A stretch of 64,000 nucleotides of DNA, taken from a virus. The notes beneath the pieces are model-generated. The model did not search any database. It was not told where the DNA came from and was given only the letters and a program-made list of their open reading frames with translations. Location: the IMG/VR virus record IMGVR_UViG_3300040801_003393, positions 46,539 through 110,538 of that record; one strand, 5' to 3'. Position numbers and translations under genes: made by a program. Numbering within the stretch: position 1 is the first letter of the stretch; each line of letters opens with the position of its first letter. Positions 48,860 to 56,695 of the stretch are shown piece by piece.

Positions 48860-49357
48860 TTAATCTCCTAGTTTTTCAATTTTAATGTTAGCTTTTTGAA
48901 GAAACTCAATTCCGGCTGTGTTGCGATATAACTCTTGATAATACACTTCACTGATTCCGGCCTGGTGGATAAGTTTAGCGCATTCAATACAAGGCGAATG
49001 GGTGCAAAACATAACAGCACCCTGCCCCGAAATTGGACTTTTTGCTAACTTGGCAATTGCATTTGATTCGGCATGCAAAACTTCTGGCTTGGTTACAAGT
49101 TTGTAACGTCGACCGTTGTCATCCTGATATGGCCATTTCTCATCAATTGTTTCTGGGTCGAGCCAAGCACCAGCGTCTGGATCCATGTACTCAATATTTT
49201 CGCAAGCATTGTCCCATCCACTGGGAGTACCATTATAGCCAAATACTAAATTGTTGTCATTGACAATAACGGCGCCAACCTTCAGCCTCACTGCATGAGA
49301 GCAGTTAGCAAAAGAGTGAGCGTTTTCCATGTATGCTTTTTTGAGTTTGTCTTTCAT
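48860..49357 (-). CDS. dCMP deaminase
   Basis: KVGAVIV, GYNGTP, HAESNAI and SPCIEC zinc motifs. Confidence 0.93.
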   Translation of the reverse strand: MKDKLKKAYMENAHSFANCSHAVRLKVGAVIVNDNNLVFGYNGTPSGWDNACENIEYMDPDAGAWLDPETIDEKWPYQDDNGRRYKLVTKPEVLHAESNAIAKLAKSPISGQGAVMFCTHSPCIECAKLIHQAGISEVYYQELYRNTAGIEFLQKANIKIEKLGD

Positions 49358-49369
49358 AAGCTAATACTA

Positions 49370-49398
49370 ATTATACTAGTAATAACCAGGCCGTGCAA
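49370..49398 (-). promoter_or_regulatory. Sigma70-like promoter for dCMP deaminase and porin
   Basis: TTGCAC-17-TATAAT. Confidence 0.65.
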
Positions 49399-49460
49399 TT
49401 TCTTTGGCTATTTTGCTACACGGTGTTACATTTATACAACATGAAAAGGGAAATGGCGCA

Positions 49461-49535
49461 TTAAAAACTTTTTCCTTCCGCGTACCGTTTGCGTCGAGTG
49501 TGTCGACCGTTGCCCTTGTTTCTATTCTTATAAGA
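49461..49535 (-). pseudogene. Probable C-terminal remnant of an HNH endonuclease gene (SYKNRNKGNGRHTRRKRYAEGKSF*)
   Basis: Start-less 24-codon frame directly after the tRNA CCA; resembles, from recall, the tail of phage HNH proteins. Confidence 0.5.
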
Positions 49536-49611
49536 TGGAGCTGGCGGTCGGACTCGAACCGACTATCTCCTGATTACAAGTCAGGTGCATGACCTGTTAT
49601 GCTTCGCCAGC
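49536..49611 (-). tRNA. trnT: tRNA-Thr(UGU) with encoded CCA
   Basis: 76-nt cloverleaf: GCTGGCG/CGCCAGC acceptor, GCAT/ATGC D-stem, CCTGA-ctTGTaa-TCAGG anticodon arm, GTCGG-TTCGAGT-CCGAC T-arm. Confidence 0.93.
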
Positions 49612-49699
49612 GTAATAACGACAGCAAGATATTGACCGTCTTGCAGTTTGCGCGCCTCCCCTGCAACCTTTACAGGCATCATAAACTTATTTAGTTGAG

Positions 49700-50020
49700 C
49701 TATTGTCGTCGGTCAAAAGTTATTACTTTCTCTGGACTCATTACAGTATATGATCCTTGGTGCAAATTGTCTAGTAGGAAGTTAGCCAGATCAATTGCTT
49801 GATCCCAGTCTTCCTCCGGTGTACTTGGATACTTAGGATAATTAATCAGTTCAATTATAGCGCCAGATTGTTCGCCGTGCGTAAAAATATAATTAGTTGG
49901 TGTTACAGTAACGCACAGACCGTCGAGCACAAACTCGCGGCAACATTGTTCAATCAGTGGCACAGGACCAGCAATATAGATACGGACCCAATTGGTTATG
50001 CTGGTGTACGTCTGGGACAT
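49700..50020 (-). CDS. Hypothetical phage protein
   Basis: Start re-assigned to MSQTYTS, 1 nt after the upstream stop. Confidence 0.65.
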   Translation of the reverse strand: MSQTYTSITNWVRIYIAGPVPLIEQCCREFVLDGLCVTVTPTNYIFTHGEQSGAIIELINYPKYPSTPEEDWDQAIDLANFLLDNLHQGSYTVMSPEKVITFDRRQ

Positions 50021-50021
50021 G

Positions 50022-50594
50022 TTAGTCCCAAAGTCCTTGGTAATATTTGCCAAATAACCTTAGTCCATTCTGGATACGCTTGCCCTCTTCTCCGCTATAA
50101 TCATTCAAGTCGTCGGCTACCACACGCTCGTGGGCATAAATCATTTCGCCCAGCACCCAATACCAACGATCATGAAAAAACTCGTCAGTTGCAGCTCTAT
50201 TTTTTTCTTCTGGTGTTAACGGTCTTGCGCTAGTAGACTTGAGTTCTTCCGGTACATCTTCGTCCTCGACCCACGGGGAACCGTGTTTGGTTTCTTGCAG
50301 TTGTTTGAGCATTGGAAGAGCAATCATCGATAACGTATGGTCAAGGCTCCAGGTATCGTAACGATCAATGCGGATTTTGATCTTACGCTCTTTGCGATCA
50401 AGGTACTGGTTGATAGTGTAGTTTAGAAAGGTCTGCCACCAATCGCAGAATTTATTGATGATAAAGTCATCAAGTTTGCTGTATCGGTTTTCGTCGACAT
50501 TCCAATAATCGTCTTTAAATCTCTTTTCTAGATACCAACGCTCAAAGCGAATGGTAGTCCAACGATTAATATATGGCCCGATGTAAACCTTCAT
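50022..50594 (-). CDS. Hypothetical phage protein
   Basis: Start MKVYIGPY overlaps the upstream stop; ends NGLRLFGKYYQGLWD. Confidence 0.75.
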   Translation of the reverse strand: MKVYIGPYINRWTTIRFERWYLEKRFKDDYWNVDENRYSKLDDFIINKFCDWWQTFLNYTINQYLDRKERKIKIRIDRYDTWSLDHTLSMIALPMLKQLQETKHGSPWVEDEDVPEELKSTSARPLTPEEKNRAATDEFFHDRWYWVLGEMIYAHERVVADDLNDYSGEEGKRIQNGLRLFGKYYQGLWD

Positions 50595-50929
50595 TTGCTT
50601 TTCTTTAGCTCGTTGTGATAAAAGTCTTTTGTGTCCTGGTCGACGATAACAGCGGACAAACTTGGAAATCGATTTTGAAAATTCTTTTGTACTTCTTCGA
50701 TGGTCTTTCCTTGACAAAGGAAACGGTTATCCTCTGAGTAGCATAGAATGGTTTCGTGCTCTGGAATTTTTTCGAAAAATACAGCGATAGTACCGGGCGG
50801 CAATTCTTCTAATTTTTCTTCATTCTCAGCTTGGTCTAACTCTCGCAATTCCTTTAAGGCCTTGAGTAGATTATGGAGAGCATAAAACGTAAAACCCCAG
50901 ATTACGAGACCCATTAGTGTTTCCATCAT
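50591..50929 (-). CDS. Hypothetical protein with N-terminal membrane anchor
   Basis: Hydrophobic N-terminal helix. Confidence 0.6.
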   Translation of the reverse strand: MMETLMGLVIWGFTFYALHNLLKALKELRELDQAENEEKLEELPPGTIAVFFEKIPEHETILCYSEDNRFLCQGKTIEEVQKNFQNRFPSLSAVIVDQDTKDFYHNELKKSK

Positions 50930-50982
50930 AATATATCCGCCTGGTTGCTATTAGTTAACGTATTCTAACTGATTTTGATCAA

Positions 50983-51420
50983 TTAGTCAATCGTAATTTG
51001 TCCAGATTCGATTAACCGAATTCGGTTCTGTTGGTGGGCATCAGCAATTTGGTCCTTGTTCTGCCCTTCGTATGGTACAGCATAATGATTTTCGAGAAGG
51101 AATTCGTTTAGATTGAACGCTCCGTTTGCTGTTTCAATGACCACCGTTCCAAGTATTCGACCGAACTTATCGTGATCGGATAAATCTGTTTCGAGAAGTA
51201 TAGTCTTCCCGGCCGGCAAAAATGATTCAACAATTGCTTTTGTTAGCGTTCCAAATTTCTTTTCAATATCGTCGGTGGTTCGAAATTCTGGAGCGTCAAT
51301 GTTTTTAAGTCGAATATTTTGATTTTTCAAATTAATCCAAAACCCAAGATCGATATCAACAACAATCGAGTCACCATCGATTACTCGAACTACTTTTGCG
51401 TTATATTGAAATGGTTTCAT
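50983..51420 (-). CDS. Thermonuclease (SNase-like)
   Basis: RVIDGDS, IRLKNIDAPE and DKFGRILG motifs. Confidence 0.85.
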   Translation of the reverse strand: MKPFQYNAKVVRVIDGDSIVVDIDLGFWINLKNQNIRLKNIDAPEFRTTDDIEKKFGTLTKAIVESFLPAGKTILLETDLSDHDKFGRILGTVVIETANGAFNLNEFLLENHYAVPYEGQNKDQIADAHQQNRIRLIESGQITID

Positions 51421-51728
51421 AATTTGATTTTTACTCTGCAGTTATAAAAGCTATTCAAAATTGCAACAGTCACAATAGCTAAGTCAACGAGCACAAAGTA
51501 ACAAACTAATGCTATGGTATTTAAATCGAGACTAACTAGGGTTGCTGCATAGAATGCCTGTAATAGAAAATTTACACCCTGGTATAAAGTTAAAATAGCA
51601 CCAATTATGATTGTTTGAATTTTAAATTTATTAAAATGGCTTATCATCCAGGTCAAATTTAAAAAGACAAAAACAAACGAAACAATTCCGCCCAGTTGAA
51701 TTACATTTTCGGCTAACTCGGGACTCAT
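51417..51728 (-). CDS. Small three-TM membrane protein (holin-like candidate)
   Basis: Three hydrophobic segments; coupled to the upstream coiled-coil/TM gene. Confidence 0.55.
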   Translation of the reverse strand: MSPELAENVIQLGGIVSFVFVFLNLTWMISHFNKFKIQTIIIGAILTLYQGVNFLLQAFYAATLVSLDLNTIALVCYFVLVDLAIVTVAILNSFYNCRVKIKL

Positions 51729-52144
51729 TGTTTAATAAACTCCTGTACAATGTACAACAATATGGTCGTAACCAGGCCAATCATTGCCCATATAATTTTC
51801 TCATTGGTGTTAACTTTAACAACACTGCGATTTTGCACAGCATGCAAGTTTTGTATGCTTTCTGTTGTTTGAGATACGGCATCATTAATTAATCTCATTG
51901 AAGCTGAGATTTGATCAATGCTGTCGTTAATATCGCGACGTAACGTTTCTACTCGTTCCCGAATCGATTCTTTTTGGTCGTCGCTTTTTAATAAGAGATC
52001 GGATTTTAATTCCGTAACACGCCGGTGAAATTCATCTCGCAAAATTGTAACCTCAGAGCTAACCTTTGCCAATTCGCGATCAGCCTGGTTTAACCGCTCT
52101 TCAACGCGCTCAATTCTTCGTAAAAAATCTGGACTAAAATCCAC
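51725..52144 (-). CDS. Coiled-coil protein with C-terminal TM helix, late-controlled
   Basis: Heptad-rich body, C-terminal IIWAMIGLVTTILLYIV; GTG start with SD GGAG. Confidence 0.65.
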   Translation of the reverse strand: MDFSPDFLRRIERVEERLNQADRELAKVSSEVTILRDEFHRRVTELKSDLLLKSDDQKESIRERVETLRRDINDSIDQISASMRLINDAVSQTTESIQNLHAVQNRSVVKVNTNEKIIWAMIGLVTTILLYIVQEFIKQ

Positions 52145-52148
52145 TACT

Positions 52149-52189
52149 CAAATCTCCAATTCTTATATATTTATTAAATTGGAGATTTG
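52149..52189 (-). promoter_or_regulatory. RBS-sequestering hairpin enclosing a late TAAATA promoter
   Basis: Perfect 13-bp inverted repeat caaatctccaatt/aattggagatttg covering the SD; TAAATA at 52168-52173 in the loop. Confidence 0.8.
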
Positions 52190-52202
52190 TTAAGTGTTAG
52201 CA

Positions 52203-52526
52203 TTAAACTCCGAAGGAAGAGCCGCAACCGCACGTTGTTGTTGCGCTAGGATTGTTAATAGCGAACATATCGCCTTCGAGTCCGGTTTTATAATCGAGCG
52301 TGGCCTCGCTAAGATACATGGAACTCATTGGGTCAATTACAGCCTTCACTCCATTGCGTTCAATTATAAGATCATCCTCTGCTGGACCTTCCTCTTCAAA
52401 TTGAAAGCCATATTGGAACCCGGAGCATCCGCCACCGCGGACATAAATCCTTAAACAACGACTCTCAATATTTTCTTCATTGACGAGCCGTTCAATTCTG
52501 TCAAATGCTGCATCAGTAATGTTCAT
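52203..52526 (-). CDS. erpA: A-type Fe-S carrier protein (ErpA/IscA)
   Basis: LRIYVRGGGCSGFQYGF, IDPMSSMYL and NPSATTTCGCGSSF motifs. Confidence 0.9.
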   Translation of the reverse strand: MNITDAAFDRIERLVNEENIESRCLRIYVRGGGCSGFQYGFQFEEEGPAEDDLIIERNGVKAVIDPMSSMYLSEATLDYKTGLEGDMFAINNPSATTTCGCGSSFGV

Positions 52527-52570
52527 AATAATATTTAGTTCAACGAAATTGCACTATAAATATTCGCGTT

Positions 52571-53182
52571 ATGCTAGACTTATCATTGTTTCGAGAAATG
52601 TACGAAGACGATGGTGTTCATCTATACGGCCTTTATGATATTATTACAAGTAGGTTCGTTTATATTCACTCCAATCCGTTTTTCTTAAAATTACTAGCCG
52701 TGCTATTTTCAAGTAGATATCGTTTGTTTGTCTGCCAAATTGATTGTGCTGCAAACTATTATAAAAATATCATCGACAATACTGTTATGACAAATTGGGG
52801 CATAAAGTTTGATAAGTTTGAAGCAGCAAATATGTTAAGTAGATTTGACTTTTTATCACAAATTTATAAAGTACCAGAATTGATTGAATTGGGCACGTTA
52901 CCAGACAGCGAAATTATTGTAAAAGACATTGAATATTTTAAGTTTGTCGAAAAACTAGTACAAGAACTATTCTTGTTTCTTAACGATTATGTTGACGGAT
53001 ATAGTAACGATGTTGACGGACTTTATAAAGATGTAATCGGAGTACCGTTCCATCATAAAAAATTAGAATTTTTAACTAATTCTGTGTTTAAGGTTATCTA
53101 CCTTGAATTAAACTTAGAAACTGCTAAAAAAGAAATACTCGATGCTTTCGACGAATATAACACTAGATCAAATAATTCCTGA
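52571..53182 (+). CDS. Hypothetical protein
   Basis: 203-aa ORF downstream of TATAAATA. Confidence 0.7.
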   Translation: MLDLSLFREMYEDDGVHLYGLYDIITSRFVYIHSNPFFLKLLAVLFSSRYRLFVCQIDCAANYYKNIIDNTVMTNWGIKFDKFEAANMLSRFDFLSQIYKVPELIELGTLPDSEIIVKDIEYFKFVEKLVQELFLFLNDYVDGYSNDVDGLYKDVIGVPFHHKKLEFLTNSVFKVIYLELNLETAKKEILDAFDEYNTRSNNS

Positions 53183-54266
53183 TACAGTAGACGGTCGCCT
53201 CATATGGATAGACCAAGCAGTCGAACCATTGGATCTAACACCAGAAGTATCTCATTACATGGAAACATGTCGGAGGGTTATTTCCGGACCCGGTTGGTTT
53301 TGCCCAAAATATCCTGATCATTGGCCTAATCCTTTTAATATGAAAGTATGGTACGATAATACATTGACTAACGAACCATTAAATGATTTTACAGACAAAA
53401 CGTTTGACGAAATCACCGATGACAGAGCTGTTGATCTAATGGATTACTTTAAAGAAGATTTGCCAATTGTTATATCGTATTCGGGCGGAATCGATTCGGC
53501 CTTGATACTTTCGTCTTTTATTCGTACCTGGCCCAAAGAAATGATTGATCGTCTTGTTATTAAGATGAATAATTCAAGTTATTTTGAATCCCCCAAAATG
53601 TTTCACGACGTGATTGTTAAAAACAATATTAAGTACACCGACCAACCTATATACGACTGGGAAAATTCTTATTTGCTTGCAGGCGAACCAGGAGATGCTG
53701 TATGGATAACTAGTACATTGATTGAAATGTCGGTAGTATACGACAATCCGCATAAACTATCTGTTTATAAAAATGCTAAGAAGTTACTAGACTGGCTTTC
53801 TTTTTTATCGACTCCTGAAACAGCTCATTGGTTTTATCATACAAACATTGAAAATGCCAAATCACACGGGTTTGATATTTCTACCTATGAAGATTTCTTT
53901 TGGTGGGCAAAAACGAATTTAGCAATGGGTGCAAATCGATTAAATTTAATTAACCATATAGTAAATCCGTGGCATGAGGGAAGTTTTGATTTGTTTTTAA
54001 ACCGAGCTATTCCATTTTATCATACTCGGGAGTATCGAGCTTGGTCGAAAACAAACAGAAATAATGATGTAAAATTCAACGGAAAAGTCGAAAGTTACAA
54101 AATGCCGGCCAAGAAATATATTAATACGGTTTTAAAAGACCCGTACTACGAAAGGTATAAAACTAAGATTAATAGTGCATATAATAAATCAAAGCGCGTC
54201 ATTGCATTGTTCAATGACGGCACTTTGATTCTTGACAAGAATTACTGGACTCGTCAACGGCTTTAA
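53142..54266 (+). CDS. PP-loop (adenine nucleotide alpha-hydrolase-like) protein
   Basis: ISYSGGIDS PP-loop and AGEPGD (cf. asparagine synthetase SGEGAD). Confidence 0.6.
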   Translation: MLSTNITLDQIIPDTVDGRLIWIDQAVEPLDLTPEVSHYMETCRRVISGPGWFCPKYPDHWPNPFNMKVWYDNTLTNEPLNDFTDKTFDEITDDRAVDLMDYFKEDLPIVISYSGGIDSALILSSFIRTWPKEMIDRLVIKMNNSSYFESPKMFHDVIVKNNIKYTDQPIYDWENSYLLAGEPGDAVWITSTLIEMSVVYDNPHKLSVYKNAKKLLDWLSFLSTPETAHWFYHTNIENAKSHGFDISTYEDFFWWAKTNLAMGANRLNLINHIVNPWHEGSFDLFLNRAIPFYHTREYRAWSKTNRNNDVKFNGKVESYKMPAKKYINTVLKDPYYERYKTKINSAYNKSKRVIALFNDGTLILDKNYWTRQRL

Positions 54267-54309
54267 CGGCCGAAGAATAAATTCCATTCGTCATCAGTAT
54301 AAGGCCACA

Positions 54310-54537
54310 TTATTTTTTCTCTCCCTGACAAACAAACTTTTGATAAAAGTTTTCTGCCTGCGCGAGAAGTTCTTCGGGCGTATAAATGGTCATCATTTTC
54401 TGAATAGTTTCATGATTATAAGGACCAGCATTGATTAGACGTTGTGCGAGGTTATAGTTGGCCTCGTACTGCTTATCCATATAGTCTTTTGCGATTGCAA
54501 GAATCTCCGTTCGGAGTTCGTATGGTGATTTTGACAT
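54310..54537 (-). CDS. Hypothetical phage protein
   Basis: Start MSKSPYELR with SD AGGAG; TAAATA upstream. Confidence 0.7.
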   Translation of the reverse strand: MSKSPYELRTEILAIAKDYMDKQYEANYNLAQRLINAGPYNHETIQKMMTIYTPEELLAQAENFYQKFVCQGEKK

Positions 54538-54596
54538 GATATTCTCCTTGTGTGTATGTGTGTCAACATGCATTTAAACTCTGCATGTAAGAGTAT

Positions 54597-54725
54597 TTAT
54601 CGCGGTACGCAACCGCCATTATTAACTATTAAGAATAGTAATAAGAGTCCTGCCAGCAGCATAGGCAGATACAGATTTACGATGCTGCTTAATTTTGGTT
54701 TTTCAATCGGACTCTGTTCGTCCAT
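54597..54725 (-). CDS. 42-aa single-TM peptide absent from the ORF track (MDEQSPIEKPKLSSIVNLYLPMLLAGLLLLFLIVNNGGCVPR)
   Basis: SD AGGAG, TAAATA and anti-RBS hairpin upstream. Confidence 0.65.
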   Translation of the reverse strand: MDEQSPIEKPKLSSIVNLYLPMLLAGLLLLFLIVNNGGCVPR

Positions 54726-54778
54726 AAGATTCTCCTAACTGCATATCTTATTTATGCAGTATATTAGAAGAATCTTAT
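54724..54778 (-). promoter_or_regulatory. RBS/start-sequestering hairpin enclosing a late TAAATA promoter
   Basis: ataagattcttctaa/ttaggagaatcttat (15 bp, one G:U) plus inner ctgcata/tatgcag; TAAATA at 54749-54754. Confidence 0.8.
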
Positions 54779-54786
54779 AAAGTCAA

Positions 54787-55182
54787 TTATTCTGGCTCAC
54801 CTTGCCACAACAATTCGTAGCCAATTTCAAAAGTTTCGTCGCACATTGATTTAAGGGCATCGAACTTTTCTTTAAAGGTATGGTCAGCATGTGATGTTTC
54901 GTGCTGCTCAAAACTCTTCCAATAAGTGACGATTGCAATATGATTCTCGTCGAGGCATCCACCAACATCGCCGTCGCCGACTGTTCCTTCCTCCGAAACA
55001 AACCCAGCAGCTCTAAATACCTGCCCAGCGAGAAAACCGCCATCGTCACGGTAGGTGTTTTTAACGACATTACACATCTCGCCCATTGCAAGCTCGGCGT
55101 CTTCAATGGTGTATTCTGGCTTTAGCTTAACTACATTGAAAAGCATTTTTGCGTCGTATGGTACTTGAATTGGTGAAAACAT
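54787..55182 (-). CDS. Host-like small protein, probable dimeric alpha+beta barrel fold
   Basis: IVTYWKSFEQHETSH resembles the ABM-like W.S.E.H pattern; SD GAGGAG. Confidence 0.55.
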   Translation of the reverse strand: MFSPIQVPYDAKMLFNVVKLKPEYTIEDAELAMGEMCNVVKNTYRDDGGFLAGQVFRAAGFVSEEGTVGDGDVGGCLDENHIAIVTYWKSFEQHETSHADHTFKEKFDALKSMCDETFEIGYELLWQGEPE

Positions 55183-55183
55183 T

Positions 55184-55360
55184 TTACTTCTCCTCTTTTT
55201 TATTTCGCATTCCGAATTCTTCTTCTAGCCATTGTTCATATTCTTTGTCGGAATGCGGTTCTGTATAGTTTCGTGTTAGTATAACTTTAGCAATAAGATA
55301 CAATGCATATATGCCCAGAGCAATCGATATCAATAGCCAGGCGATCCCCCACCATCCCAT
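55184..55360 (-). CDS. 58-aa membrane protein absent from the ORF track
   Basis: MGWWGIAWLLISIALGIYALYLIAKVIL...; fills the gap between iscU and the next gene. Confidence 0.6.
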   Translation of the reverse strand: MGWWGIAWLLISIALGIYALYLIAKVILTRNYTEPHSDKEYEQWLEEEFGMRNKKEEK

Positions 55361-55361
55361 C

Positions 55362-55739
55362 TTACTTCTCCTTTGACTTTAGGTCAGCAATAGCTGCCTT
55401 GATTGCATCTTCTGCTAAAACAGAGCAATGTATTTTTACTGGCGGTAAAGCTAACTCTTCGGCTATCTCTGTGTTCTTAATTTGTTGCGCTTCTTCTAAG
55501 GTTCGTCCTTTGACCCACTCTGTAAGTAGGCTCGATGATGCAATAGCAGACCCACAACCATAAGTCTTGAATTTAGCGTCAGTAATAACGCCATCGTCTA
55601 CCTGAATTTGCAATCGCATAACATCGCCACATGCAGGTGCACCAACCATTCCTGTCCCAACGTTAGGCGCGTTCTTGTCTAGAACACCAACGTTGCGCGG
55701 GTTTTCGTAGTGGTCGATAACTTTGTCTGAGTAAGCCAT
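55362..55739 (-). CDS. iscU: Fe-S cluster scaffold IscU
   Basis: MAYSDKVIDHYENPRNVG, GAPACGDVM, FKTYGCGSAIASSS and LPPVKIHCS motifs. Confidence 0.97.
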   Translation of the reverse strand: MAYSDKVIDHYENPRNVGVLDKNAPNVGTGMVGAPACGDVMRLQIQVDDGVITDAKFKTYGCGSAIASSSLLTEWVKGRTLEEAQQIKNTEIAEELALPPVKIHCSVLAEDAIKAAIADLKSKEK

Positions 55740-55788
55740 ATTATTCTCCTATAAAATACCTGAGTATTTTGCTTGGTTATTTGTGTGT

Positions 55789-55818
55789 AAAAAAGCCGCA
55801 AGTATATTACGGCTTTTT
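55789..55818. terminator. Probable (bidirectional) terminator
   Basis: aaaaaagccg...cggcttttt stem-loop. Confidence 0.6.
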
Positions 55819-55827
55819 AATTAAGAA

Positions 55828-55962
55828 TCAGGAACCAGTTTTGCCAAACAAAGAGCCAAACCACCCAACGATCTTTTCTTGAGCGACTTTAGCCCATGAT
55901 GGTTGTGGGAAGTTCCAACCAATTGCTGCGCCAACAGCGATCCAAAATAGTGCTTCTAACAT
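55828..55962 (-). CDS. 44-aa membrane peptide absent from the ORF track (MLEALFWIAVGAAIGWNFPQPSWAKVAQEKIVGWFGSLFGKTGS)
   Basis: SD GGAG; hydrophobic N-terminus. Confidence 0.7.
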   Translation of the reverse strand: MLEALFWIAVGAAIGWNFPQPSWAKVAQEKIVGWFGSLFGKTGS

Positions 55963-55980
55963 AATATTCTCCAATATAAC

Positions 55981-56205
55981 TTATTTATTAGTCTTTTTGC
56001 TATCACTAATATTAACTACATTCGAATATCCGTCTTTATACCAGCCACCGCCTTTAAGCATAAACCTTGAAGGGTGTATTTTATCGACATAAGTCATCAC
56101 GCCACCGCAGTGCTGGCAGATAGCAGCTTCTCGTCTTCTTTCGTGAGATCGTAGTTTCTCTTCTACAATCTCACAATCTTTGCATTCATATTCAAATAAC
56201 GGCAT
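55981..56205 (-). CDS. FmdB-family zinc-ribbon protein
   Basis: MPLFEYECKDC..CQHCGG..FMLKGGGWYKDGY. Confidence 0.85.
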   Translation of the reverse strand: MPLFEYECKDCEIVEEKLRSHERRREAAICQHCGGVMTYVDKIHPSRFMLKGGGWYKDGYSNVVNISDSKKTNK

Positions 56206-56368
56206 TGTAGTTTAAAATTTTAAGGTACTCTTCTTTAAGGTATTTTTCATTTTCCTTTAAGTATTGACTAAAACTTAAAGGCTTCTCCCCGAAGATCCAA
56301 TGGTCTTCGCATTCTTCTTCCCAACGATCATATGCCCAATTCTCAAAATCTTGATCTTCTCTTTTCAT
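56192..56368 (-). CDS. 58-aa hypothetical protein absent from the ORF track
   Basis: MKREDQDFENWAYDRWEEEC...; ATGA overlap with the upstream gene, SD AGGAG. Confidence 0.55.
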   Translation of the reverse strand: MKREDQDFENWAYDRWEEECEDHWIFGEKPLSFSQYLKENEKYLKEEYLKILNYNAVI

Positions 56369-56694
56369 TCTCCTAACACTAAGTGGACGTAATACGCCGC
56401 CTGGATGTTGTGTCCTCCTATTGTAAATGTAATTTTATCACCAGGGCGCTTCACCGGGTTAATTCCTGTTTTCCAATCGTATATTGTTGCTACAATAAGA
56501 TCGGTTTCGTTAGGGTCCTCTTCTGCAGGAACTTCGAATTCAATGCGCCACTCAACATTTCCTTCGTTCTGGTCCATTGGCAATGGCTTACCAAACGTAT
56601 CAACTAAATGGTTATACGTGGTAGTTATCTCGCCGACCTTTTTCGTTCCCCTTACCCGGATATGAGAACCCGTTTCGAAATTAATATCAGACAT
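56365..56694 (-). CDS. Hypothetical phage protein
   Basis: LVDTFGKP..VEW..ATIYDWK..IGG. Confidence 0.7.
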   Translation of the reverse strand: MSDINFETGSHIRVRGTKKVGEITTTYNHLVDTFGKPLPMDQNEGNVEWRIEFEVPAEEDPNETDLIVATIYDWKTGINPVKRPGDKITFTIGGHNIQAAYYVHLVLGE

Positions 56695-56695
56695 A

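Noticed and set aside
49404-49683. Short ORFs overlapping the tRNA
   Set aside because: They run through or antisense to a well-formed tRNA and lack an SD.
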